Both the position numbers and the translations under genes were made by a program. Shown one piece after another: positions 37,801 to 51,104 of a DNA stretch of 64,000 bases; the first letter of the stretch is position 1, and each line of letters begins with the position of its first letter. The notes under the pieces are model-generated. The model saw only the letters and a program-made list of their open reading frames with translations. It did no database searches and was not told the origin of the DNA. The DNA is from Psammoneis japonica (lineage: Eukaryota), in the NCBI GenBank assembly GCA_008632985.1, contig QPGO01000049.1:1-64000 (forward strand), read 5' to 3'.

Positions 37801-39501
37801 TGCAGTCACTTGTGGCTCACCTTCCAACAGAGGCAAGTTTGCGGTCACTGGAGATGGGTGTCTTGCAGTCAGCTAGAGCTGTTTTTGTTCTTGCAGAGCC
37901 ATGAGGGAGCTGTCTCTGCAAAACTCATCTTGAGCCTTGCATGCTCTGACCAAAGCTGCAAGTTCCTGTTTGGGTTCTTGGAGCACATCTGCCAAATCTT
38001 TGAGTGTGGCATCAAGTGTGCCAAGAGTGTCAGCTGTTGCTCAAGAGTTGAATGGGTGTGGAGTCATTTTTAATGCTTTTAACCTTCAACCACCGGACTT
38101 GAGCAATTGCTCCCTCACGTCACAAACATGGCAAAATGAGCAATTTCAGATGTGAGCAACATTTCATTCACGCGATTTTTGTTTTGGAACGTGCATTTGC
38201 CAAAAATCTGGGGGAACCCTTTTTGTAATTTAGAAAGTTCAATGTCGACCTTTAACACCGGGTTTTTTGCAAGCTTCATCTGTGGATGGAGAGGAGCTAA
38301 ATCTCAACCTACAACAATGCAGGTTGTCATGAATTGCTGTCAAAAATGGAGCAACAACACCACACCCTTGGAGCAAATCTCCGCCAGTGGAGATTTGCTC
38401 CCAATGAGTGAATGCACGTGGCATGCTTTGCGCAGATTCCATGCGATGTGGCATTTTTTTGCTGTGTGCATTGTGTTGTTGTAAAAGTGCATGACACGCC
38501 ACAAATCCACAAGCAGAGCAAATCTCCACCTGTGGAGATTTGCCCCTTGGTGGTTGAAGGGTCAAGAGCAGGAGACTTTTGCTTTGAAGCAATGTCCAGT
38601 GGAAATTTTTTCACCAACTTCTGAAGCTCTGTCAAACCTGCGGCAAAGGCACAAATCCAAGCAGGGTGCACAGCAAGTGTTGCTGAGCTCTCTCATCCAT
38701 CATGCTTCCAACATTGCCTTGCCTGCATCAAATTCAAACAGACAGTTGTGACTTTGTCTTCAATTGGAAAATCACACCGAAGCAACAACAAGAGATTTTT
38801 GTTCACATGGCCGCCACTTCCCGATTTCTTTTTTTTTTCTTGCCCTGCATGCCAACACACGGAGAGTCTTGGCGCACTGCTCAAAATTTTGCCAGCCTGG
38901 CACCAACACAAAGCAGGAGATGCCCCACAGAACACCCCACCAAGACTTGGCCAAGAAAGGCTACACCAGTGGCATTTGCAAAGTGCAGCCTGATTTTCAG
39001 ATGGTGCAGCGAGAGCGGCTTCCTGAGTGGACAAATGCAGAAAATGCAGGAGCAACTGACAGGGCTGGCATTGTTTTCTTATTTTGATGTTTTCAAAGCC
39101 ACCTCTGCCTGCAACTTGCTGCTAATGCAGGTGGCCTGTTCGCAAAATGCAGTGGCAATGGGCATCAGCATTTTGTGAAGGTTCAAGGTGGATGCGCTTC
39201 TGATGTTGAGCTGATGTGTTGCCGCACGCACCGTGCTGCAGAAGTTGTAGTTATATACGGCACTGAAGCCCATGGAAGCTGACCGCTGACTGACTCACGT
39301 CACTGACGACAAAAGATTTTTAGTCCATCAAGTCAACCTCTTTATACTGGAAGCCACGTAGATTCCACGTCAGACAACATCGGATTCGCAACCGCGGACC
39401 GATTTTTTTGTATTTTATTGTTTTTTGTGTTTGACATCTTGCATGTTGTGTATTGATCGTTGCCAGAACGTGCCAACAGTTTTAACACTATACCACAAAC
39501 C

Positions 39502-40161
39502 ATGAAGCTCGCCACCGTTCTTCTTATTGCCGTCATGGCAGTTGGATCATCCGCATTTGCTCCGTCTTGTCAAAGCAGCCGAACGCAGACAACCCTCAAC
39601 ATGGCCAACGACGATGATTTGCTCCGTTGGTCCAAGGCGTCAAGGTCTGCTGGCGTGGATGACCGCGTTGTGGAACTTGTTCGTCCCTTGGGTCTGGTTC
39701 TTAACGAAGATAACAATGGCAATGTCTATGTCGAAACTGTTGCACCGCGGGGAAATGCAGCAAGAACTGGAATGGTACGTTAATCGTTAATGAGAATATA
39801 GCGTTTGTCGCGTGTTTCGTGAATGCGAATTCTGATTTTATTTTTATTCCGACGAAAACAGGTGAAGGAGGGTGATATTGTAACCATGTGTTCTGCAACG
39901 TTTGGAGATCAAATGTGGTCCACTCGCGGCGTAGGTTTGACTCGTGTCTTGGCTGCAATTCGTGTGCGGGCCGGAGCAACGGTAAAGCTCGTTTTTGAAA
40001 GTCCCGAGGAAGGGAAGCGCAAGGCGTCACTCACAACCAAACAAATGCAGGCCATGAAAGATGCTAAACAAGCAGCACAGGCCAAAAAGGATGATTTGCT
40101 GAAGGAGCTTGAAAAGGATGAGAAACGTCTCAAGAAAGGCAAGTTCTTGGGACTCTTTTAA
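39502..40161 (+). CDS. Plastid-targeted PDZ-domain protein; exons 39502-39774 and 39862-40161
   Basis: Signal peptide plus SSAFAP motif; RPLGLVLNED...VYVETV...GNAARTGM|VKEGDIV PDZ pattern; GT-AG intron in phase 0. Confidence 0.85.
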
Positions 40162-43100
40162 AATAACGGCTCTTGAATCTCCTTTTTGGTAACGAAATGT
40201 TTGGTCGAATGAGGTTAAGAGAAAAAGGGTGAAGATGCTCTTGTTTAATGACGCATCTTTGAAGCGCTAAACAAGGTAAATAAATGCTAGCGGAGAAGCT
40301 TATTTGAGAGTTCTATGAACTTTGTATGACGTAGGGCCTACAGTAGACGATGTATGCACAGTGCTGCAGAGATCAGATGACAAAACGCAGGTCCGTAATG
40401 TCGCCGTGCCCTTCAGATTCTCTACTTCCTTTGGTCCACACATACTACCGTTGCGCAAGACAGCAGCAGCAAATCCTGATGCCACCGTTGTTTGGAGATT
40501 GAATCGTCGTGTGGTCGTTTTCTTGCTTGTCTGGCTCTGGCTCTCACTCTCAGCTGGGCGCAACCAACCATTGGGCCACTCTTCTTGAATGCAAAACCTG
40601 TGCATGGGAGGAAGTTGTTTGGATCATTCTTTGGGATCTCCATGATGAGATCTCTTGATCCTGCTGCCGCTTGTTCTCTTGTCTGCGTGGTCTTCTGGTG
40701 CTTCTGCCCCACTTGTTTGGTTGTTCTGCCACATTTTGCTGTCAGGAGCAGAAGTTGTGTGGTGGTTGTGTTTTTTTGCATTGGTGGTTTGTGTGTTGTG
40801 GTTTTTTCATGGTGGGGCAGTGCACATTTGGCATTCATCATCTTGCACAGATGCAATTGAGGTTGGTTGTCTGTCAATTCCATGCGAGACACAGTGCTTT
40901 TTTTCTCAGCCAGCACGCAGCAATGTCCTGCGTCAGACTTCAAAACACAGCCCAGTTTTTGGCTTTTTGCAGCATGATTGGCCACCCACCTCTCAACATT
41001 GTTCAAAGCACACATGAGGAGCAGAGCAGCTGCATGATGCTGCCCTCACAGCCAGCGCTGCTAGATGTTGTCAGGTGCCAGGGGAAGACAGTGTGTGCCA
41101 GCTGAGCTGCTGGTGCGCGGAAAGCACGCTGCTGTGGTCACCCAGCATTTTCAGCAATTGGCTCCACTTGGTCTTGCTTTCATGCAAAAAAATTGGCCAG
41201 AATGGCAGCTGATGACTGTGGCCCCACAATCCTTTGGCACGGGCTTGGGACAAAACCTCTGCGGTGCTGGTGGGGCCCTCTCTGCTTCAATGCCACCACG
41301 CCATCTGCTTTGCCAGGTGAGAGTGCACAAAAGGTGACTTGGTTTTAACTTTCCTCAGAAAGTGTTCTGTGCAATGTGTGCACCACAATGTCAGCAAGGC
41401 CACGCAGCTGTTTTTGTGGAGACCATCATTTGGGCTGGTGCCAGAGCAAGACAAGATGGCTGGGGGTGTGGTGCTGTGCCTGTTGAGAGACACATGAATG
41501 ACACACTGAGCACCAAACTCCACATGGTTGTTGGTTGTGCTGGTTTAACACAACTGTGCAACACACTCAAATTGCAACAGTTTGCTCATCATGGAGGATG
41601 CACATCTGGACAGAAAATGCAGTGAACACAGGCAAGATTGCGCCAATGATCAACAACACACAATTTTGAAAACCAAGTCAAAATGTGGGCATCACAGTCA
41701 AAATGTGGGCATCATAAAATGCTCAAGATGCAAATGAACAGCCATGGTTGTGTGATCATTTTGTGCCCAAATGACACGCAAAAAGCCAGCAGAGTTCCAT
41801 CAGCTGTCAAGCTGGCCAAGAGTTCAAGAGCCGCAAATGCTCAAAACACAAAAAATGTGCTCTCCAGCTCTGGGTGGGACTTCACTGTGAGACCTGCACC
41901 ACAGACTTTTGTGCACAAGCTTTCCACAGCTTGTGTGTGTCAAAAAATGAGTGTGTTTGTCTTTGATGTTGCGACCTCTCAATGCCAAAAAGTTTTTGAA
42001 AACTGTGCACACAGCTGCACTCTGCAGATGTCAGAGAATGCAAATGCATGAAAAAATGTCAAAAGTTGTTCTTAATTGATCATCCAACAAAACAAAATAA
42101 ATCCAATGCCATGCAGAGGAGAAATGTGTGTGAACCTTGCACCGAAGCATCAAAAAGCATGTCACTCAGCCAACATGCAGAAAACAAAGACATCCAACAG
42201 TTGTTGTTGACCATGTGTGCTGCTGTGGTGCAGCAGCAATGTCTGGTCAGAGCACAAGTGTGCGCAACTGTGGCATCCATGTCTCATTGCCACACAACTG
42301 AAAAATCAATGTCAGAGAATTGGGTGTCAACAAACATGAGAGATGCAAGCAACAAATCAAGAAAACATGATTTGGTCAAACCTTCCACAGGCTTGATTTG
42401 CAAACAGCTCTGAAGCAGTTGTGCCAGCACAGAAAGAGTTTGAGTTGCAACAAAAAATGTGGCAGCAGCATCAAACTGAGGCAAGTTTCATTTCTTCATG
42501 AAGCACCAAGAAACACTCATTCCTTTCAAATCTGACCACTGGGCTGTTCAGCACAAGCTGCCCAACTGGCATGCTGCATGCAAAGGCCCCCCATTGCTGT
42601 CACCAGAAGCCCCAGCAAACAACAACAACATTTTCAGCACAAGTGTGTCTGCCATTCTTCAAATTGATGAGAGATTCTAAAAAATGATCTGTTGAAGCAA
42701 CTTCGCCAGATGATGGCAAGAGGGTTGACATCCTGGACAAAGCATTTCTTGGCATGCTGCAGGTCTCAGTTGCAGGAAACAAAACTTGGAGCACAGCTTC
42801 CTTGCAAGTTGAAAATCCAGCAAAAGTTGCAACAACAACATCTGAGCCCAGGTGCACCTCAAATGTCCCAGATGAACAAACATCTTTTCTGCTGGGGACC
42901 CTTGTCATTGACAGGCCATTTTTCCATGCTTTGGGGGGGGCACTGGGTTTGCCCTTCGTCACAGATGTCATGCACCACACTCTCCATCTGGCAAAGCTGG
43001 CTGCCAACTGCCAACTGGTGCAATGGCCAGCACTGCTGTCAACAGAAGCAGCAGGAGATGACATCTTTCACACCACCCCAAAACTCCCTCCAACTGGCAC

Positions 43101-46100
43101 AACATGATCAAAAATGTTTGCTGCCAGCCACCAATGGGCATCATCCATTGCCAGCTGAGAGCACCAGTGAGCACTCCGCACTGCTCAGCAGGCAGGCATT
43201 GTTTCCTCCCTTGCCTGAATCAAGCTGTGACAAAAGATCTTGGTGTGACAAGATGTGTCACATTGACGTTGGATGTGGGTTTGAGAAAGACATTGACTGG
43301 GGTTGCTTGTGGGCTGAGGCATTTTTAAAACATTTTCCCACTTCAGCGCACATGTCATCTGTGCCCCATCTCCCCAAAAAACAAGTGGAAATGAATGGCT
43401 GTTGAAGCTGCCTGAAAAACAAGTGGAAATGAATGGCTGTTGAAGCTGTCAGACTGGAAGCCTCAGAAGCAGATGCTGAGGACACAAGCAATCAACTGTG
43501 CAGAAACATTCAACTGGGTCAAAATGCTGGTGTCTGAGTTGAGGAACAAGCTCAAGTTTGCAGTTGTGTGATGAGGTTTGCACAATCATCCAGTCCATGC
43601 AAGCTGCAAGAACCAAGAATGCACTGCAACCAGTCTCATCACAAAAGGGCCATTGCAAGAATTGTCACCACAAGACTTCAAGTGCAAGAGCAAGTGGTGA
43701 GCTTGAGTCTGCGTGTTGCACACACCATGGCATCTCTTCATGCCAAAATTTTGGGAAAGTCAACATGCATGGTTGCACTTTGCAGATGTTGCAGAGACTG
43801 CAAATGCAAAAAAAAGTCAAAAGTTGTTAGATTGAAGGCCCAATGGCTGCACTGTAAACTGATGTGCAATGCAAATCCAAAGTTGCACCACAGTTTCCCA
43901 CTGTGAGGCCCCACACAGAGCTGGAGCTCATCTTGTTGAGTGCCAGCCCTCCCTGCCTTGGGCCACACCAAGGAGATTTGTGTCTTGGCTTTTTGGATCA
44001 GGGGTCACAATCTCTGCTGCTCTTGCCCTTGCAGCTTTCTCCAAAATGCTGCCTGTGTTTGCAGCAGCTGCCATTGTCAAAACAGATGTCATCTTGCCAG
44101 GGCTCAGAGCCCAGCTTGGTCTTGCTCATCAAACCCAGACACCAATGTTCCAACCTTGCCAGATGAGGTTCCTGCAACACACCCACAGATTCTGGGCTTG
44201 TCAGGTGCTTCAAGGCAGTGGTCTCCTGCAACTGCTTTGTTTGGGAGTGCTGGAGCTCTGCTGGCAAGACAAGCCACATGTGCCCAAGCTGGCCACACAA
44301 GCTCAGCTTGCACACTTGTGGCCAAGAGCAGAGACCCACATCATGGGACCAGCACAGGGGCTGACTTGGCTGTCATTGACATGGAGCCCAAAAAAGCATG
44401 GCCAAACAACACACGAATCCACGAACATCATTTTTTGTTTGTCAATGGCCACAAACATGTGTCAAGCCAGCAAGACATGACCACAAATGCCTCATTGTGC
44501 CAAAATGTCTTGAAGTCTCTTCTCAGGTGCCCCCCCAACACACTCAACAGTTTGCCTCATTGGAATGTTGTTTTTCACAAACAAAAGATCAGCAGTGGTC
44601 CAGCCACAATGACACACTGGCAATTGCACAGCTCAGCTCCAGATTCAGCAGGGTTTGATGCAGAAATCTGTTTGAGTCTGAAGGGGCACTCCCCTGAGCT
44701 TGTGCTGAAGTTTTTGCTTTTTGCTTCTGTGGATTTGTTCATGTGTTGCCATTTTGTCATTCCATGATCACACAGTTGTGTGCATTGACATGTTTGCAAG
44801 TGCTTCATGAGGAGAACATTACACAGCTGTGCATTGGCTGTCAAAGGAGGCACAAATCTCAAACTCAGGGCAAATCTCTTTTGCCACACTGGCACATTGT
44901 TGCAGCTCTGGAGAGAGCATCTCCAAGGCACTGGGAAGGTTGGAGAAGGCATTGCTGAGAGCAGAGTGTGCAAATGAATGAGTTGAGTGAACCCACTGTG
45001 TGCACCAGTTCTTGCTGAGAATGATTGCCCCCCCCAGCAGTTGAAAGGCGATGCTGTGGAAACAGCTTTGGCAACAGCACCTGCCCTTCTTCCCTGGTGA
45101 GCAAAGATGGTGTGTTGGCATTTTAACTTTTGCTCTCCATTGCAGCATTGGTTTGTTTGCCAAGGTCAAATGCAACCACCTGGATGCCTCCAACTGACTT
45201 TGTCAGTTGTGCTCTTCCAACTCAGTTCTCAGCTGCTTGGCTTGCATCTCAGAGCCTTCCCAGAAAGGCAGCCCCCAACAGTGTGACAGTGTGAGCCCCA
45301 ATGTGCAAAACAACCACAGACAATGTCCCTGCAGACATTGGACAAGGCACAAAAAGAGCAGCTTGACAATGTTTCTTGTTTGAGTTCTTGTTGCATGCCT
45401 GAAAGTTTTTGCCTTTCTTGAGAGGAGTCAACTCTGTCAAAAGTGGGGCCGCCACTGAGCACCGTCACCTGAAGTGTGCACCACAGCACCAACTTGATGA
45501 GATTCCAATGGTTGGTGCTCAACGGCCCCACTTGCATTGCAACAAATTTCATCTGTGTCATTGTTGTCATGCTTTGCCATGGCAAAACACCCAAAATTGG
45601 AAGCCAAAACAGAAAGGAACATGGCAAAGACTGGGAAAGACCCAGAAGCACATCCACAAAAATCGTGCAGCAAGTTTTTAATGCAAAAGTTTCTCAACAA
45701 ACAAAAATGTTCATTTTCTGCTGTCCTGCCAAGTTGGCTGTCTGAGCTGCCCTGTGTGTGGCTTGGCTTTGGCCCTGGTCAACACACATGTGCTGCTGTT
45801 CTGTGTGGCATGTGTGAGACTGCTTTTGTTTGCAGCTTGAGCCACAGCAATGCCCAATGGTGCCAATCTTTCTCTCACAAGTGCCACATTTCAATCATGT
45901 TTGTTTGCAACTCAACACAGTTGTTGGTCTCAAATCAGTGCTGCAATTGAGCACCACAGTGCACCCACACTGTGCAAACACCAGCAGATCTTGTTGGTTT
46001 GCATGTCACCAACCCCAAAACCTGCATGTCAATGGAAAGCTCATGATGAGCCAAACAAGGTCAAATGTTTGTGACGGGCATCAGTCAGCCAGAGTGAGTG

Positions 46101-49100
46101 GAAAGTGAGCATTTGTCTTTGAAAATTGGCTTCTTTCTCTTGAGCAACAAAACAGCTGCTTTGGGTGACATTTCTCCCCAATCATCATTTTGTGCATTTG
46201 TGCTCAGCAATTGACCAAGTCACACACATTTTGTTTGAGCCAACACCCAAAGACTCACACACAAACAAACCACTTGGGGAGCAGTTTCAGGGCTTTGCTC
46301 TTGCTCTGCTTGCTTCCTCTGGCAAATGACAAATGTGTCCACACACAAGGAAACACCACATCATTTGTTTTGTGCTGTGCATTGCAGCATTGCTTCTGCA
46401 TGTTTTTTGCATGCTCATCATCTGATTTGATTTTAACATGGATTTTCAGGTCAACAACTTTGATGCAAACAACATGTGCATTGTTCCTTTGTCAATGCCT
46501 GAGAGCTTGACAATGCCTTGACACACAGCACACCTTGCCACTAAAATCTGATTTTGTCATCTGCAAAGCTGCTGCACCATTGTCATTGAACCAAACCACA
46601 CAAAACCCTGCACAGATGGAAAATGTCAGTTTTCCACCAACAACACAGAAACACAAAGTGATGCCATCAGGAGCCCAAGTCAATGAACCCTCACATTGGT
46701 GGATGACCAGACACCAGTCTGCCCCAACATGTGTGAGCACAAGCACGCAATTTTGTCCATGATGGAGTCAGTCAGATTTGTCACAAATCACACCCATTTG
46801 TTGCAAACAGGGGTGATTTGAAAATGAATGAATGTCCCTTTCCTCCAACAAACATCTGTGAGCTCCAATCAAGGTCATGTCAACCTGGTGAATTTGGTGC
46901 AACCCAACAAGTTGACTTTCACGAAACACTCCATTTGATGACTGCTGCCAGCTGACTTGCAATTGATTGGTTGACTGGTTTTCCCAAAAATCCATTTTGC
47001 AACACAGTGCTTCAATTTGTTTTCCAATTGGTGTGCTGCAGCTCAGTTCTGCAATTGAGCTTCATGCTGCAATGTCATTTGCAACAATGTGAGTGCTGCC
47101 ATTTGGATTTTGTTTGCCAAACTGGCATCAGCTCCAGCTTGAACATCTCAACACAGTTTGCCATGTGGTTGCCTTTGTCCCCCAACTTGCTGTTCTCTTG
47201 TTCCTCCTCTTGCTTTTTGCAATTTGCCACAATCTTCCTGCACAAATCTTCCCATTGGCCCAGTCATTCACTCACACTGTCTTGTTCTGTTTCCATGGCC
47301 AGCTCCTTGAAGAACTTGTTTGCCCTTGGTGACAACCCTTTGCACTTCCTTGGTGTCTTGCATTGTCTCCTGGCTGCACTTTCTTCTGCTCCATTGGAGT
47401 TCCTGCCACAAAGTGCTTCAGTTGTCTCGTGCACTTTCTCTTCTCAGTGTTGCATTCTTTGTCAGGGATTCCCTTGTGGCTCTCCAGCCTGTTTGCAACC
47501 TCTGTCAAAACAGTCATTTGCTCCTGTGTTGTTCACTTCTTTCTCACCTTCTTGATGTTTTTGTTGCTTCTCCCTCACCTCCTTGAACTTGCTCACCATC
47601 TCCTGAACTGATCCTTGTTCTGTCTGCTCTTCAGGAGGGTCCTTTTCCAAAACAGTGAATGTGCTTGATCCATTTTCTGTGTCTTTTTGCTCAGCAACAG
47701 TGAGGTCTGGCATGTGACAGTTTCACACAAGTCTCCCCTGCCAGCAGGGTTTCCTTGTTTGTCAACATCCACATCACAGTCTGACAGCAAATTTGTGTCC
47801 TTGTTGTTGCTCTTGCACTCTGCATGCCATGCATTGAAGCTGTTCTTCAGGAGCATGTGGATGAATGCCTCGGCACACAGTGCACCCAACCTTGTGTTTC
47901 AGGAGAGGCTTTTCTTCCAATGACTGTCTCCCATGGCCAGTCACCGCAACATGCAGTCACAGAACACTGTCTGCAATGTTGGATTTGACAATTGTTCCTG
48001 GAATCTTTCCAGTGAGAGCAAGATGCAATTGTTGTCATCACAGTGTGCACAAAGCACTGCATCATCAGCAACAACACGATGCCAATGTCAGTGCGTTTTC
48101 ACCTTGTTTGATGACAATCTGCAGCAACACTTGCAGCGGAATTTGTCTTGCTGAGCCTGGTGTGTTTAGATGGCTTCACCACTGACCACTCCTGGCACAA
48201 CCTGTTTTGTTTCATTTTCATCCACAGGAAATGCAAGCATGTCTTTTGCTGCAACTGCTCTTGCTCACCACAACCATGTCATTCATTCCATGTTGTGACC
48301 TTGTGTCTTTTGCTTGTCATGCCAGATTGCCAAAGCTCCACCTGCAAAGAAGAGAAAAGAGCTTGCAACAGATCAGAGCATTGCATGTGTTTTGTTTTAA
48401 ATGGGCTTGGCTTGGCACAAATGGTGTTTCTGCTCACCTTTGCATGCAACCTTGTCTTTTTCACATTTTGCACTGGCTTGCCAAAGCATTGCCTGCAAAG
48501 AAGAGAAAAGAGCATGTGACAGATGAGAGCATTGCATCTGTTTTATTTTCAATGTGATTTGTGCAAATGCTGTTTCTGATCACCTTTGTGGGCCGCCCTG
48601 CAGGGCTGTCTTCCCTTCTGGCTCCCCTCCCATGTCAACATGTCTGAGTGGAAAGATTGGCAAAAGCACCAGTTGTTTGCATTGCTGCCTGAGCTCCATG
48701 CACTCATTGACCAAGTTCCTGCCTCTCTCTCACCTTGTGCTCTACATTGTGCTCCTCTCCCTCTGCTCTTCTGTTGTCTTCCCTTGCTGCTGTCATTGTC
48801 ATGATGTGGCATGAGCCCTGTGTTCTGTGTTTTGTGCCTTGCAAGGCAATGATGATCTGTGTTTTTGCAGCAATGCATGTCGAGCCTGTCTGCCTGGTGA
48901 TTTTGTTTTAAAATTCCACACTCACACTTGGTTTGAAGGTTTGAATGATTCAAAATGACTTGAATGAATCATCCAGTCATTGAGGCTTTGCGTGTGTGTC
49001 AACAGTTGGTCAATTTCTCATTTTTTATCATGTCAATGTGTTCTTGCTAAGATGCAAATTTTCACAGTCTTGCTGCCACCCACCATCTTTTTTCAATGCT

Positions 49101-49519
49101 CGTCTGGGACTTCAATGTCCACAATCTGCTTGATGCTCTCACAACCACATTTTCTTTTTGGTGTGTCACAACAATGCTGCCAAAAACATGCAAAATGCCC
49201 CCACGGAGGTGGTGGTGGCCATTTTTGTGCTGCCAGCTGTTGCAACGCCGGCAGTGCTCTTGGCCATGGTCACGCATGTGGAGCTGGCAAATCTCAAGCT
49301 CAATCTCAGCCACAAGAGCCTGGCAGGAGGAGCCCTCAGAGAAGCCAAGGCTCTGCCACTGGAGCTGCTGCAGCACCAGCTGATGGCCCCAACTCAGCAA
49401 CCACTGCCACTGCTGCTGCATCCATCAACAACAAAGCCACTGCCCACCACCCCAATGTGGCCAATGCGCCCCCACTCTCCAGCCATTCGTCCACCCAAAG
49501 ATCTCGAATTTCTCATGCA

Positions 49520-50860
49520 TTGGCACAAAATTCCTGTGATTGTTGTTGCATCCCCTGGCACCCAATGGAGTCTCCCACGGCCATCCCAAGACAACTGATC
49601 AATTGTGCTGTCATGCAGATGGCTCCCTGGTCTCTGCATGGGTGTGGTTGCTGGTCCAAAGCCAGTCATGTCAGAAAGAAAAGGGGCTGCATTGACACAA
49701 GACAAGGCCCTTGCTTCTCAACCAAGGTTGTTGTTGCATCTTTTGGGACCCAATGGAGTCAACCAAGGCCATCCAAAGACAACTGGGCACTGTCACACAG
49801 AAAGCTCCCTTCTCTTTGCAGGTGGAGTGGCTGGGCACTGGGCCAAAGCAAGCCAATCACATCAGGAAGAAAAGGGGCTGCATTGACACAAGACAAGGCT
49901 TTTTCTTTCCCCAACCATTGTTGTTGCTGCCTTCTCAGGGACCCAATGGAATCATCCAAGGCCATCCAAAGACAACTGGGCACTTGCACTGTTGCACAGA
50001 AAGCTCCCTTGTCTCTGCAGGTGGGGTGGCTGGGCCAAAGCAAGCCAATCACATCAGAAAGAAAAGGGGCTGCATTGGCCCAAGACAAGGCTTTTCCTTC
50101 CCAACCATTGTTGTTGTTGCCTTCTCAGGGACCCAACAGAAACTTTTGTGCCCATTCTGAGACAACTGAGTGCTTGCACTGTCACACAGATGGCTCCATT
50201 GTCTTTGCAGGTTGGTTGGCTGGGCCAACAAACCCAGTCATGTCAGAGAGACAAGGTGCTGCATCAACACAAGACAAGGCCTTTGCATCCCAGCCGTTGT
50301 TGTTGTTGGCTCTCCTGGGATCTGACGGAGTCACCAAATGCCATCCCAAGACAACTGCGCACTTGCACTGTTGCACAGATGGTTTTCTTGTCTCTGCAGG
50401 TGGGGTGGCTCCTGGGCCAAACCCAATCATGTCAGAAAGACAAAGGGCTGCATTGACACAAGACAAGGCCTTTGCTTCCCAACCATTGTTGTTGTTGTGT
50501 CCTCTGGGACCCAATGGAGTCATCCAAGGCCATCCCAAGACAATGGAGCACTTGCACTGTTGCACAGATGGATTTGTTCTTGTCTCTGCAGGAGGGGTGG
50601 CTGGGCCATGCCCAGTCACATCAGAGAGACAAGGAGCTGCATTGACACAAGACAAGGCCTTTGCTCCCCAACCATTGTTGTGGGCATGTCCCTGGCAACC
50701 CACTGGAGTCTGCCAATGCAATCCCAAGACAACTGTGCACCTCCTTTGCCACATCTGTGGGCCCGATGCTTCCACACATGGCACAGCTGGGCTGCCATCT
50801 TCTTGTTTGTGGAGGAATCATGCAAGGTGCTGCTGCTGCTGCCCAAGACAAGGCTTGCAC
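49520..50860. repeat. Tandem array of ~189-192-bp units (6-7 copies)
   Basis: Anchor cattgacacaagacaaggc (with variants) recurs at 49690, 49881, 50073, 50262, 50451 and 50640. Confidence 0.9.
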
Positions 50861-51104
50861 CTTCCCAAATCAAGAGTGCAAAGGCACTGCAATTGAGCCA
50901 ACCCACTCAAGAACTGCAGGCTGAGTGCATTTAGGGTGCATGTGGTGCAGGCAGCAACTCAAACCAATGTGCATTGATGGTGATGATGATGATCTGGCTT
51001 GGCATTGGCAAACATTCGCTGGGACATGGGGACACCACCACATGCTCCATTTGAGTTTCTCAAGTGGCATTGGCCTGTGCATCATGTGCCATCCACCCGG
51101 CACC

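Larger units (their letters stand above)
22880..39245. mobile_element. Block of old, heavily decayed nested transposon sequence (TpA- and CpG-depleted); boundaries approximate
   Basis: Contains copia and Plavaka-like fossils and segments repeated elsewhere in the window. Near absence of TA and CG, with TG/CA excess. Confidence 0.75.

Noticed and set aside
49520..50860. CRISPR-like array
   Set aside because: Whole units are homologous with no unique spacers; eukaryotic context and no cas genes.
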